Source: an uncultured virus (IMG/VR IMGVR_UViG_2788500352_000001)
Taxonomy: Duplodnaviria > Heunggongvirae > Uroviricota > Caudoviricetes
DNA length: 64,000 bases
Strand: one strand, 5' to 3'
Virus record (IMG/VR): IMGVR_UViG_2788500352_000001
Made by a program: the position numbers and the translations under genes. This document shows positions 55,213 to 64,000 of the stretch, one piece after another (the stretch's first letter is position 1; each line of letters begins with the position of its first letter). The notes below the pieces were generated by a model. The model was given only the letters and a program-made list of their open reading frames with translations, made no database searches and was not told where the DNA came from.

Positions 55213-55394
55213 TCCTCATCCTCCCTTTCGTACTGCGCGTGAACGCGCCGAACCTCTCGCTTCAGCCGCATGAGCTGAAGCAACAAACCTTGTTTTTTGA
55301 AATATCGCGGCGCAGTTGTTTCAACATCTGCGAGAACTTCCACGATCTTCGCGGCGTCCTCAGGCTTCAACTGCACGTGCTTCGGGTTGCTCAT
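55209..55394 (-). CDS. Hypothetical protein
   Basis: GGAGG RBS, ATGA overlaps. Confidence 0.55.
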   Translation of the reverse strand: MSNPKHVQLKPEDAAKIVEVLADVETTAPRYFKKQGLLLQLMRLKREVRRVHAQYEREDEE

Positions 55395-55672
55395 GCCAAT
55401 CCCTCCTTTTTGAGTTTTTCGATAAATTCCACAGCGACCTTTTCGCAGTCCTTTGCTGTCATGCGCCAGTCCGCCGGAACCGGCCACAGTCTGCGTTCGC
55501 CCTCATCGAGCCCCACCCAGACGGCAGGCGTCCACTGCACGTACGCCGGAATGCTGATAACGACGTGCCAAGAGTCGTACACCACGTCTTCCGGCCCGAG
55601 TACTTTTTCTCTGACAAAGACGTCGCACGAAATCAGACTCGCGTTAGGGGCAAGAAAAGTTTCGGTGCTCAT
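55391..55672 (-). CDS. Hypothetical protein
   Basis: GGAG RBS, ATGA overlaps. Confidence 0.6.
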   Translation of the reverse strand: MSTETFLAPNASLISCDVFVREKVLGPEDVVYDSWHVVISIPAYVQWTPAVWVGLDEGERRLWPVPADWRMTAKDCEKVAVEFIEKLKKEGLA

Positions 55673-56508
55673 GCCGCCTCTCCGAAAACGTCAGCCGAAA
55701 GCGGCCGGCGCATTGAGTTACCTAAAAACTGATAAGCGACGCACTTGCCGCGGATGCGGTCCACAAGGCGCGGACCGAGAACGTTGTTAAGGTCTGCCGG
55801 GCGCAGATTCGAGAGGAAAATCGTCGGGCGGTTTTCTGAAATCCGGCTGTCGATGATCGAAAAAAGAATCTGCTTCTCGTTTTCGGTGCCGGCCTGGACA
55901 CCGACCTCATCAATCACAAGCAGGGAGACCTCCGAGAAAAGCCGAATTGCGTCAAAACTCGTTCTGTCGCTTTTTCCGCTCCAGGTGCTACGGACGTATT
56001 GGATGATGTCTGTAGCGCGCGTATAGATGCCTTCTGACTGCGGCAAAAGGGCATGAAGAATGGCGCACGCCAAATGACTTTTGCCGGTCCCCGGGTTACC
56101 GAAGAAAAAGAGTCCGTAGCCGGTCTCTTTCGCCTTTTCCCAACCGCGCACGAACCGGCAGGCGAGGTCCAGCGCGCCTTGTTGGCTTTTCGTCTCGGCC
56201 AGAAAGTTCGAGAATGTTTTGGTGCGGTATTCGGCCGGGATGCAGGAGCGCCGTAATGCCTCCTCGATGCGGTCGCGGGCTTCGGCCGCTTTCTTAGCCT
56301 TTTCGTAGGCCTCACGCTCTTCCTGGCGGCGTTTACGTTCGATCAGTGCGCACTCAGGACACTGAGACTCACACACGACCTGCCCGCCCAAAACGGTCTG
56401 AATACCGTTATACGGTCCGTGAATTGCGCAGTTCAAAACGGCGCCCCTGCGGATCGGCATAGGGACTGCGCCCTGCGAGGATTCGATGATGGCTGAAAAT
56501 GTCTGCAT
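55669..56508 (-). CDS. DnaC/IstB-like helicase loader
   Basis: GNPGTGKSHLA Walker A, LLVIDEVG Walker B. Confidence 0.93.
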   Translation of the reverse strand: MQTFSAIIESSQGAVPMPIRRGAVLNCAIHGPYNGIQTVLGGQVVCESQCPECALIERKRRQEEREAYEKAKKAAEARDRIEEALRRSCIPAEYRTKTFSNFLAETKSQQGALDLACRFVRGWEKAKETGYGLFFFGNPGTGKSHLACAILHALLPQSEGIYTRATDIIQYVRSTWSGKSDRTSFDAIRLFSEVSLLVIDEVGVQAGTENEKQILFSIIDSRISENRPTIFLSNLRPADLNNVLGPRLVDRIRGKCVAYQFLGNSMRRPLSADVFGEAA

Positions 56509-56514
56509 GGTTGC

Positions 56515-57327
56515 TTACCCCCAATTGGCCGTACCGTCAGGATTCATTGATCCCTCGTAGTAGGCCTCGTCAAAAACTTCAGGTTGTTGGTGTGCGGTTG
56601 ATCCCGCGGGTTTGGCGTTTCGTGTTTCCTTTTGGCGACGAACCCAGCCTTGCCAAGATTGATTCCACCCTTTGTCAGAACGAAGCTCACCAGTCCCTCG
56701 TCCTTTCGTGAAGTAGAAGACGAAATCAGCGAACACCGTCTGCGGGTCAAGATCAGGCCGAACCTGTTTTGCGTAGTCCGCCCATTCAGAAGGAAGAAGG
56801 TCAAGGTTGAATGCGTGCGTGATTGCCTGCCGCTTTTCTTTCTTCTTTCTTTCTGTCTCTTTATTGGTTATTGGTTCTTGGTTATTGGTTAGCATTGTGT
56901 CCGCATTGCGTTCGCTATGCGTTTGCATTCCGTTCGCATCTGCGTCCGCATTGCAAGTGCATCCGTTTTGCATGTCGTTTGCATTTGCGTCTGAGGCTTT
57001 CTTTCCCCTTGAGCCCTTATTCCATCGGGCTTGAGCAGACTTCGCGGCCTTCTCGGACTTCTCCGCGGCCTTGGCAATCTCTTCATCGCACCGGCGATGC
57101 GCATAAACGTCACCTTCACGATGGAAAAAGCGGTCAAGCACATATTCCAGTGCGGCTTTCTCTTCCGGCGCATATGCTCGGGAGATGCGTTCGCATTCCG
57201 AACGCATAAGCGGACGCTCGACTGAGTAGTAGAGCATCAACAAATCTATGTAGACACCCTTTTCGAGTGGCGACAAAAGACGCGTGCTCGAATCCCAGTC
57301 ACCTACGTGAAACTGAACGTAGTTCAT
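56515..57327 (-). CDS. Replication initiator, DUF1376 (YdaU-like)
   Basis: MNYVQFHVGDW...LSPLEKGVYIDLLMLYY..ERPL. Confidence 0.9.
   Translation of the reverse strand: MNYVQFHVGDWDSSTRLLSPLEKGVYIDLLMLYYSVERPLMRSECERISRAYAPEEKAALEYVLDRFFHREGDVYAHRRCDEEIAKAAEKSEKAAKSAQARWNKGSRGKKASDANANDMQNGCTCNADADANGMQTHSERNADTMLTNNQEPITNKETERKKKEKRQAITHAFNLDLLPSEWADYAKQVRPDLDPQTVFADFVFYFTKGRGTGELRSDKGWNQSWQGWVRRQKETRNAKPAGSTAHQQPEVFDEAYYEGSMNPDGTANWG
56820..56995. repeat. Putative origin repeats inside initiator gene
   Basis: Repeated TTATTGG/TTCTTGG units at ~56861-56890 and several CGTTTGCAT/CGTTCGCAT/CGTCCGCAT-like units at ~56898-56990. Confidence 0.6.
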
Positions 57328-57341
57328 GGCGAGCCTCCCGG

Positions 57342-57575
57342 CTACTTGCCCGTGCTTTCAATGAGTTCCCAATCGATCTGAGGAAGAATCGCCCGACGGG
57401 AAACCTGCCGGCGCGTTGCCTCTTCGAGTTTGCAAGCAAGCGTGACGGACACACGACGTTCCGGGTGGTTGACGATGTTGTAAAAGTAGTTGAGTTTGAT
57501 CCCGCACTTTTTGCAAATGGCCTTTTTCTCGACCGACGCAAGGGAGCGGAAATACTGCGATGCAGAGGGAAGCAT
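57342..57575 (-). CDS. Cro-like regulator
   Basis: HTH, LACKLEEAT..QVSR..ILP; divergent from cI. Confidence 0.85.
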   Translation of the reverse strand: MLPSASQYFRSLASVEKKAICKKCGIKLNYFYNIVNHPERRVSVTLACKLEEATRRQVSRRAILPQIDWELIESTGK

Positions 57576-57727
57576 GAGAGCTACTCCGTTTTAGTTCAAT
57601 TATGGGTACTGGAATACTACCCCATACATTCCCCAAAAGTCAACCAATACGGCGCAAAACTTTCCTAGACTTTGTGCGACAATCTAACCCATAATTTGAC
57701 CTAGCCGGACTAAGAGGAGGACAAATA

Positions 57728-58399
57728 ATGGTTGATGATGAACTGACAGCTCGTCGCCGGGTTAATCTGCGACGTATCGCCGATGAGTTAGGTGGAGCCG
57801 CTGCTGTTGCCAGAAAGACTCAAAAGAGCGTCCAACAAATAAGCAGTATGCTCAACGGCACCAAGTCCTTTGGCTCAAAGATCGCTCGTGACATAGAACC
57901 TAAACTGGGGCTTCCCCTGCAAAGCCTGGATAAGGAAGCGCCAAATTTTGTAGTTGCAGCGGAAACGCCTGAAGCTACGGGGTACGTGCGCATTACAGCG
58001 CTTGAGGCGCGGAAAGAGTACAACCTGATGCGCATTCAGGAATTGAGCAAAATCAGGCTGATGGAGTGCAAAGAAGATTGGCTGTACGAACAAGCTCTTT
58101 CCACATCCAAGCCCAGTGCGCTAAAGCTATTCTCTGCGCCATCGGACAACATGGAGCCAGAAATTCTCCAAGGCGGATCAGTCGTCGTTGACATCTCGCA
58201 AAACACTTTCACCGCCAACGGCATATACGCCATGACGTATAAGGGTTCGGCATTCATATATCGGATACAGATGAACCCTGACGGATCAGTATATTTTTTG
58301 TCGGATAATCCAAAATATGAAAAGATGGTAGTGAAGGACACGTCCAACATCGTGATAGTTGGACGGTGTGTCGGCTGCTGTAACACGCACTCGCTCTAA
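57728..58399 (+). CDS. CI-like repressor (HTH + S24)
   Basis: RRVNLRRI HTH; SDNMEP, LSDNPKY. Confidence 0.9.
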   Translation: MVDDELTARRRVNLRRIADELGGAAAVARKTQKSVQQISSMLNGTKSFGSKIARDIEPKLGLPLQSLDKEAPNFVVAAETPEATGYVRITALEARKEYNLMRIQELSKIRLMECKEDWLYEQALSTSKPSALKLFSAPSDNMEPEILQGGSVVVDISQNTFTANGIYAMTYKGSAFIYRIQMNPDGSVYFLSDNPKYEKMVVKDTSNIVIVGRCVGCCNTHSL

Positions 58400-58607
58400 T
58401 AAAATTCCATTGTTCATCAAATCTCAAGCCCGCGCACTGCGGGCTTTTTTGTTGCCTTTTTGACTCCTATCAAAAACCGGTCACCTAACCAGAATACCCT
58501 GAAGTCATCTTTTATAGTTGACAAGCAGGTTAGTGATGTGGTTTAATTTCGGGTACGCAGATGAGTAATTCGGACTCATCTAAACAAAACCACCAGGAGG
58601 CAACGAA

Positions 58608-58814
58608 ATGACACAGACGACCATTGTTTTGAACCCCAAGCGGACTGAGTACTCGGCTGAGAAGGCTGCAAAGAGGGCAATGACGGTCGCCCAGATGATC
58701 GAGGCGCTGAGGCAGTTCCCTGCGGACGCCCGCATCGTGGTGTCGGATTACGCCGAATACATGTACGCGCCGGTGACGCTCTCCGATCTGCATGAGCACG
58801 TTGAGGAGGAGTAA
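58608..58814 (+). CDS. Hypothetical early protein
   Basis: AGGAGG RBS; downstream of TTGACA...TTTAAT promoter at ~58518. Confidence 0.7.
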   Translation: MTQTTIVLNPKRTEYSAEKAAKRAMTVAQMIEALRQFPADARIVVSDYAEYMYAPVTLSDLHEHVEEE

Positions 58815-58818
58815 CGCC

Positions 58819-58956
58819 ATGACATTGGACTTCGTCTTTCGCATGGGTGAGTTGGCCGACATTGAAGAAGACCGCTTTTGGTCCCAGGCAAACGTGGTGA
58901 TCGTCATCGCGGCCGTCACGGGTCTTGTGACGCTTTTGAAGTGGGTGCTGGCATGA
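58819..58956 (+). CDS. 45-aa membrane peptide
   Basis: Own translation MTLDFVFRMGE...VVIVIAAVTGLVTLLKWVLA; GGAG RBS. Confidence 0.55.
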   Translation: MTLDFVFRMGELADIEEDRFWSQANVVIVIAAVTGLVTLLKWVLA

Positions 58957-59036
58957 AGCAGTTCATCGAAAACGTCCTGGCAGCCGCGGCACTCATCCTC
59001 ACGATGCTCGTGCTGCTATCTCTGCCAGGCTACTAG
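58953..59036 (+). CDS. 27-aa hydrophobic peptide
   Basis: MKQFIENVLAAAALILTMLVLLSLPGY; ATGA overlap. Confidence 0.5.
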   Translation: MKQFIENVLAAAALILTMLVLLSLPGY

Positions 59037-59105
59037 AAACGAGAAGGGGGGGGGGTGGCGCCCTGCCTTACGAGAAGGTGGCGCCCTGCCTTAACGGAGA
59101 AAGAA

Positions 59106-59345
59106 ATGATTGATCTCAGCAAACACAACGAAGATTTGATCCGAGACGCCAACACCTGGAAGCCGCTCAACGTCTACCCGCTTGAGCGCGTGATGGTGTT
59201 CGAGAGCGGCAGCCAAAGCTACTTCGTCTACACCGAGCTGCATACCGTTTCAGTGAGCGACGCAAGCCGCAGAGAAGTATCGAACTCCTACGCCTTAACA
59301 GAAGACGAGTTCTCCCGCCTGATGGGCGAACTCAACCTCGACTAG
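59106..59345 (+). CDS. Hypothetical protein
   Basis: GGAG RBS, 79 aa. Confidence 0.6.
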   Translation: MIDLSKHNEDLIRDANTWKPLNVYPLERVMVFESGSQSYFVYTELHTVSVSDASRREVSNSYALTEDEFSRLMGELNLD

Positions 59346-59353
59346 GAGGCTAC

Positions 59354-59509
59354 ATGAACGAAGACGACAAGGACCTCGACGCCGAAGAGCTCGAGGACGA
59401 AGAAGAGGAAGAAGAGCCGGAAGAGGACGATGGCGACGATGGCTTTGAAGATGACGGCTGGATCAATGCCGGCGACTTCTACCACTGGGACCCGTTTAAA
59501 GGACAGTAG
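59354..59509 (+). CDS. 51-aa highly acidic protein
   Basis: Own translation; 26 of 51 residues D/E; GGAGG RBS; fills gap before exonuclease. Confidence 0.7.
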   Translation: MNEDDKDLDAEELEDEEEEEEPEEDDGDDGFEDDGWINAGDFYHWDPFKGQ

Positions 59510-59512
59510 AAA

Positions 59513-60427
59513 ATGACAGCAGTACAGATCTCTCACGAACAATGGCTCAAAGCCCGACAGACCGGAATCGGCGGTAGCGATGTCGCCCCGATTCTTGGTA
59601 TTTCCAAATGGACAACGCCGCTGGACGTATACAACGAGAAGGTAGCCGACACCCCAACGGAAAAAGACAGCGATTCCATGGAATGGGGGCGCCGCCTGGA
59701 ACCGGTTATCCGCCAGGCTTACGCGGATAAGACGGGACGCGTCGTGGCCGTGCCGGAAAAACAGTTCCGCAGCGACGCTCATCCCTTCATGATTGCCAAT
59801 GTAGACGGTGTTTGCGAAGACCGTCTGTTGGAAATCAAGACCGCACGAACCGGCGCAGACTGGGGAGAAGAAGGCACGAACGAAATCCCAGACTATTACC
59901 TGACGCAGGTCATGCACTACATGATCGTCACAGGATACCGGCTTTGCGACGTGGCAGTGCTCATCGGCGCTTCCGACTTTCGCATTTACACAGTCGAGTA
60001 CGACGACGAACTTGCTCAGATGTTGATCGAAGCCGAAGCAAAGTTCTGGAAGATGGTCGAGAACCGGACGCCCCCGGCTCCTCGTTCGCTTGCAGAAACG
60101 AAGGCCGCCTTCCCCTCCTCCGTTCCTTCGAGCATTGAGGCCGACAACAAGATAGCCGAGACCATGACCGAACTCGCCAAGGTACGAAACGAAATCAAAC
60201 AGCTGAAGGACACGGACGACAAATTGACTGCTGTCGTTCAGGCCTTCATGGGCGAAAGCGAAAAGCTGACTTTCGGAGGCTCAACCCTTGCCACCTGGAA
60301 AAGCAGCAAACCAGTAGCCCGACTTGATTCGGCTGCGCTCAAAAAAGCCATGCCGGACATCTACGACCAATACACGAAACAAAGCGCGCCGACCCGCCGC
60401 TTCATCGTAAAAATTACTGAGGAGTAA
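59513..60427 (+). CDS. YqaJ-family exonuclease
   Basis: WLKARQTGIGGSD, ANVDG, LLEIKT, YYLTQVMHY. Confidence 0.93.
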   Translation: MTAVQISHEQWLKARQTGIGGSDVAPILGISKWTTPLDVYNEKVADTPTEKDSDSMEWGRRLEPVIRQAYADKTGRVVAVPEKQFRSDAHPFMIANVDGVCEDRLLEIKTARTGADWGEEGTNEIPDYYLTQVMHYMIVTGYRLCDVAVLIGASDFRIYTVEYDDELAQMLIEAEAKFWKMVENRTPPAPRSLAETKAAFPSSVPSSIEADNKIAETMTELAKVRNEIKQLKDTDDKLTAVVQAFMGESEKLTFGGSTLATWKSSKPVARLDSAALKKAMPDIYDQYTKQSAPTRRFIVKITEE

Positions 60428-60433
60428 ATCATC

Positions 60434-61411
60434 ATGGCAACAGAAATCACCGTAAACCCCTTCGCCACCCCCGCCCCTGTCGCCAGCCGCGGATCCGCCC
60501 CGGCTACAGCAGCCGTTGAAAGTTCTCGCGCCGTGGCTGAAGTGCAGGCCGCTTTGGCTATCGCCCGCATGAATCCGCGAGATCAACGCGCCGCGATGGA
60601 CCGAATCTTGAACGCCTGCACGCGGCAAACACTCGCTCAGGCCGCCGTTTATTCCTACGCTCGTGGAGGAAGCGAAGTTACAGGTCCGTCGATTCGCCTC
60701 GCCGAAGCCGTCGCACAGCAGTGGGGCAATATGCAGTTTGGCATTCGTGAACTTTCAAACGCCGGGGGAAAGTCTGAAGTTCAGGCTTTCGCCTGGGACG
60801 TAGAAACAAACACCCGCCGCGAAGTGACGTTCTCTGTTCCTCACATTCGTCACACGAAGAGAGGCTCCTACAAGCTCGAAGACCCGCGCGACATCTATGA
60901 GCTTATTGCCAATCAGGGTAGCCGCCGCCTTCGCGCCTGCATTTTGGCCGTGATCCCCGGGGACGTGATTGAGGCGGCTGTGTCGCAGTGCCAGATAACG
61001 CTTCGCGCCAACGTAGACGTAACGCCGGAAGGCATCAAGAAACTCATTGATGCTTTCTCTCAGTTCGGCGTCACCAAAGCGCAGATCGAGAAGTTCTGCC
61101 AGTGCCACGTAGAAGCCATCCGACCGGCTCAAATCGTACGGCTTCGAACGATCTACACCAGCTTGAAGGACGGCATGGCCGAGCCTGCGGACTTCTTCGA
61201 ACCGGAGTCCGCCCCTGCCGCTCCTGCCATTGAAAAGCCCGCCGAGAAACAGACGCTGAAAGAAAGACTCAAGGCGCAGAAAGTTGCTGAAACGACGGAG
61301 ATTGCCGACGCTGATACGCCGGATGCCGGAGCGGAACCCGCACCGACGGCCGCGCCCAAAGAACCGCTCCCGGATCTCAATCCGAACGAGCCGGAAGTTC
61401 GGGAACCGTGA
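60434..61411 (+). CDS. Putative single-strand annealing protein
   Basis: AVYSYARGG..VTGPSIRLAE...WGN motif; adjacent to YqaJ. Confidence 0.65.
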   Translation: MATEITVNPFATPAPVASRGSAPATAAVESSRAVAEVQAALAIARMNPRDQRAAMDRILNACTRQTLAQAAVYSYARGGSEVTGPSIRLAEAVAQQWGNMQFGIRELSNAGGKSEVQAFAWDVETNTRREVTFSVPHIRHTKRGSYKLEDPRDIYELIANQGSRRLRACILAVIPGDVIEAAVSQCQITLRANVDVTPEGIKKLIDAFSQFGVTKAQIEKFCQCHVEAIRPAQIVRLRTIYTSLKDGMAEPADFFEPESAPAAPAIEKPAEKQTLKERLKAQKVAETTEIADADTPDAGAEPAPTAAPKEPLPDLNPNEPEVREP

Positions 61412-61467
61412 AAGATCACCCGTAACACACAACTTTCACTTAGGAAGCACAAACAGGAGTCCAAAAA

Positions 61468-61581
61468 ATGACCTTTGACGATAAGGCCCTGGCAGCCGGA
61501 TCGGTGATCGCCGCGGTGTTCATTTTTCTTTGGCTTTGGCTCAGTCCGGGCGTTTTTCTGGGCTGGTTGATCTGGGGGTAA
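61468..61581 (+). CDS. 37-aa membrane peptide ending PGVFLGWLIWG
   Basis: Own translation; AGGAG RBS; homologue at 23998-24114. Confidence 0.68.
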   Translation: MTFDDKALAAGSVIAAVFIFLWLWLSPGVFLGWLIWG

Positions 61582-61584
61582 GAG

Positions 61585-61854
61585 ATGGAAGCACAGGATT
61601 TAAAACGCCGCGTCCGGGAGCTGTATGAGCAGGTCTCCTTCAGCCAGGAGGAGACACGACGGCTTCAGATGATCGAGGACGCGATCACAAAGGGAGCAAT
61701 CGAGAAGGCGTGCGTGCTCTCGATGATCCTCGCGACAAGCACGCACAAAAAGGCAAACGCCGCGGCCCGGCTGCGGGATACGCTGAGGAGAGCGAAAGAT
61801 GGCCAAAAACAGCAAACCGCGCAAGAAGTATCGGCCGAAGCCCGTGAGGTTTAA
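61585..61854 (+). CDS. Hypothetical protein
   Basis: Coupled ORF. Confidence 0.55.
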   Translation: MEAQDLKRRVRELYEQVSFSQEETRRLQMIEDAITKGAIEKACVLSMILATSTHKKANAAARLRDTLRRAKDGQKQQTAQEVSAEAREV

Positions 61855-62356
61855 CTGTTGGGAACGCTCAGACATCGAGCACCTGCAGGCCGTGTTTCAG
61901 GAATTTGAGCTTATCACTGAGTTCAAATTCCCGACCGGCGAAGCGAACATGGACGACATGTGCTGTGTCCGGGACGTGCTCAATCTCTGCACCCTCGGGA
62001 TGGTGACACGGGACTGGCTAGATCGGGACGAGGTCAAGGACTGCACACCGATCGTCAACGCGGCCGGAGACGCGATCAAACGATGCGCCGACCGCGCCTG
62101 CGACCGCAATCCGGACGCCCCGCGGTTTGTGTTCGCCGGAGACGAACTCAAGGCAGTCCGGGCAGGAGTCGCGATTGCCGGCCCCTTCATTCGGGACAGT
62201 CTGGACGAATCACCAACCCGCCTCATCCTGGAGTTCTACGCGATGCGGCATCTGACAAGGGGAAAGGACGGGCGATACGCCTACACGGACGAACAACTGA
62301 AAAGAGCAATTGAACAAGAGAACGACAACATTGACTGGAGCCACCGCCATGGATAA
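61799..62356 (+). CDS. Hypothetical phage protein
   Basis: MAKNSKPRKKYRPKP N-terminus, GGAG RBS. Confidence 0.65.
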   Translation: MAKNSKPRKKYRPKPVRFNCWERSDIEHLQAVFQEFELITEFKFPTGEANMDDMCCVRDVLNLCTLGMVTRDWLDRDEVKDCTPIVNAAGDAIKRCADRACDRNPDAPRFVFAGDELKAVRAGVAIAGPFIRDSLDESPTRLILEFYAMRHLTRGKDGRYAYTDEQLKRAIEQENDNIDWSHRHG

Positions 62357-62512
62357 CACAACACTTCTGATGGACCAGCGGCCGCAGCCGCCTTCAATGG
62401 CCAGTTCGACGATGAGTTCAGCTACGGCCGCGTGCGTTGAAGCCCTCGTTGGCGGTGTAGTGATGGAGCTTTTCGGCGGGGTGCCGCCGTGTGGATTGTT
62501 GGAGGAGTGAAG

Positions 62513-62725
62513 ATGCAGACCAAGTTGCTGACTATTAAGGAAGTCGCCAAGCGGCTCAATAAGTCTGTGAGCACGATCCGCAGTTGGATTCGCGGTTACT
62601 ACGACAACGGCGACGGCCCGCGCCTGCGGGGGCGCGAATTTATTAAGCCGATCCGAGTCGGCGGCACCCTGCAATTTAAAGAATCCGAGCTCGAACGCTG
62701 GATTGCCGAAGGAGCTCAACGTTGA
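62513..62725 (+). CDS. Excisionase-like HTH protein
   Basis: LLTIKEVAKRLNKSVSTIRSW...IRVGG..QFKESELERWI. Confidence 0.85.
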   Translation: MQTKLLTIKEVAKRLNKSVSTIRSWIRGYYDNGDGPRLRGREFIKPIRVGGTLQFKESELERWIAEGAQR

Positions 62726-62751
62726 CAAACGCACAAGAATCCGCGCATAAT
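62722..62751 (+). promoter_or_regulatory. Sigma70 promoter of C4-type operon
   Basis: TTGACA-N18-CATAAT. Confidence 0.7.
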
Positions 62752-62862
62752 GCCCGTGCCTCGTCTACCAAGAGGCACCGGATTGGCGCCCGGAAAGCGA
62801 AAGGTGTACAGCCGCCTTACTTCCGTATGAGCGGATTTTTTGTGCATAGCAGTCTCCCTTTA

Positions 62863-62940
62863 CGGGCGGACTGTATGGGGCATGCTTGCATGCGCCGGTA
62901 CCCTTTTGCACCGGTACGCCAACCCGTACAGTCTGCCCAC
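62863..62940 (+). ncRNA. C4-type antisense RNA
   Basis: Closing stem 62864-62879/62923-62938; internal CCTTTTGCA and CGCCAA complementary to flanking targets; Ash-like ORF overlaps. Confidence 0.75.
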
Positions 62941-62991
62941 CACGATTGGCGTCGTGAGGGCAGTTCTCAAACTGCAAAAGGAGGACACGCT

Positions 62992-63267
62992 ATGCAAGCG
63001 TTCCAAGGTGCTGCTCAAACGCAGCCGTCAACATTCAATCTCCCGTTCGCCATCACGGCGCTCATCAAACACCAGCTGACCTCCGGCGAAGCCAAGGACT
63101 ACGCGATTATGTCGTGTTCCGAAGCCAAGAACATCCTCATCGCCGTAGCCGATTCGGCCGAAAGCGATAGCCAGATGCTTTCCACCGCAGGGCTTCTCAG
63201 CGTCATCAAATCCGCCGCTTCCATTTTGGAATGCGCAGAACTCCTCGTTAATGAGACGGAGAAATGA
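62992..63267 (+). CDS. Hypothetical protein, first gene under C4 control
   Basis: AAGGAGG RBS overlaps the C4 target. Confidence 0.65.
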   Translation: MQAFQGAAQTQPSTFNLPFAITALIKHQLTSGEAKDYAIMSCSEAKNILIAVADSAESDSQMLSTAGLLSVIKSAASILECAELLVNETEK

Positions 63268-63821
63268 AAATGACTCATACCGCTATCGTTACCCCGCCCG
63301 TCGTCCAAGATCATGACGGGCGTCCCATGACCACGAGCTTCCAGGTTGCGAAGTACTTCAACAAACGTCACGACCACGTCCTCCGTGACATCGACAACCT
63401 GATTAAAAAGCGCCCCGATTTAGGTGTGTCCAATTTTGGGGAGTCTTTTGAAAACAAGGCTTTAGGTACTGTTCAGAACCACAAGGTTCGTTTTTATTAC
63501 ATGGATCAAAAAGGCTTTACTCTGCTCTCCATGGGCTTTACGGGCGACAGGGCTCTCGGCTTCAAAATCGCTTATATCGACCAATTCGAGGCTATGGCGA
63601 AAGCTATTGCCAACGCAAAGACGAACTACCTGCAAGACTACATCAACAAGCTGACGATGCTGGAGAACAAGAGAGAACGCTCGTCCGTTGCTGGGCAAGC
63701 CTTACATGAGTGGAAGACCGAAAAAGGACAACTGGAACTCGAAGTGAAGGAAGCGGAAAAGAAGGTGCAGCCGGAACTGCCGCTGCAGATCAGCGTTTCC
63801 ATCGAAAATAAGGAGAAGTAA
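63264..63821 (+). CDS. Rha-family regulatory protein
   Basis: TTSFQVAKYFNKRHDHVLRDI...GFTLLSMGFTG.RA..FK.AYIDQF. Confidence 0.93.
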   Translation: MKMTHTAIVTPPVVQDHDGRPMTTSFQVAKYFNKRHDHVLRDIDNLIKKRPDLGVSNFGESFENKALGTVQNHKVRFYYMDQKGFTLLSMGFTGDRALGFKIAYIDQFEAMAKAIANAKTNYLQDYINKLTMLENKRERSSVAGQALHEWKTEKGQLELEVKEAEKKVQPELPLQISVSIENKEK

Positions 63822-63822
63822 A

Positions 63823-64000
63823 ATGAAACAGATCGACCTCACCCCTATCTATAAGGCCGCCGCGAAGGTTATGGCAGAAAACGGTATCGAAGAAATCCGC
63901 CTCCGCCTTTTGAAGGATGATGACGGCCCGTCAGCCATCGACTTCGAGATCAACGGCGCGGGCTATATGTCCAACTTCGAGGAATATATCCCCACCATCA
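63823..64000 (+). CDS. Hypothetical protein (truncated by window end)
   Basis: AAGGAG RBS, open to window end. Confidence 0.5.
   Translation, partial: MKQIDLTPIYKAAAKVMAENGIEEIRLRLLKDDDGPSAIDFEINGAGYMSNFEEYIPTI

Larger units (their letters stand above)
25700..64000. mobile_element. Prophage B (temperate podovirus-like); right end outside window
   Basis: Portal, capsid, tail tubes, internal virion proteins, lysis, terminase, replication, cI/cro and recombination genes. Confidence 0.93.

Noticed and set aside
62722..63079. Long N-terminal extension of the 62992 gene and Ash-like ORF as real proteins
   Set aside because: The extension starts inside the -35 box, and the Ash-like frame overlaps the C4 RNA, whose structure explains the sequence

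Overview
The whole window is prophage: two unrelated temperate phages lie end to end, joined at about 25.55-25.83 kb. No host genes are visible. Prophage A (<1 to ~25.6 kb) has a lambda-type cos/terminase/portal, a fused protease-capsid, a P2/Mu-like contractile tail, a Q-type late control region, a cI/cro switch and an early region ending in an AlpA-like excisionase. Prophage B (~25.7 kb to >64 kb) is podovirus-like (T7/BPP-1/epsilon15-style portal, capsid, tail tubes, internal virion proteins including a 1607-aa polyvalent protein, two receptor-binding proteins), with cI/cro, a YqaJ recombination module and a C4-type antisense RNA switch. The best lead is a late regulatory circuit in prophage B. 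Six copies of CGTCCATAAA each lie exactly 17 nt upstream of an xAxxxT hexamer in front of late genes. One copy drives an oppositely oriented cassette in which a Mu Com-like zinc-finger gene is followed by tandem GAGnnCC sites and a perfect hairpin burying the RBS and start codon of three uncharacterised genes (not mom). A second GAGCGCC cluster sits 21 kb away at the prophage end. All product calls are from my own motif and synteny recognition; no database search was run, so novelty is unverified. The 890-bp duplication in the tape-measure gene is probably an assembly artefact.
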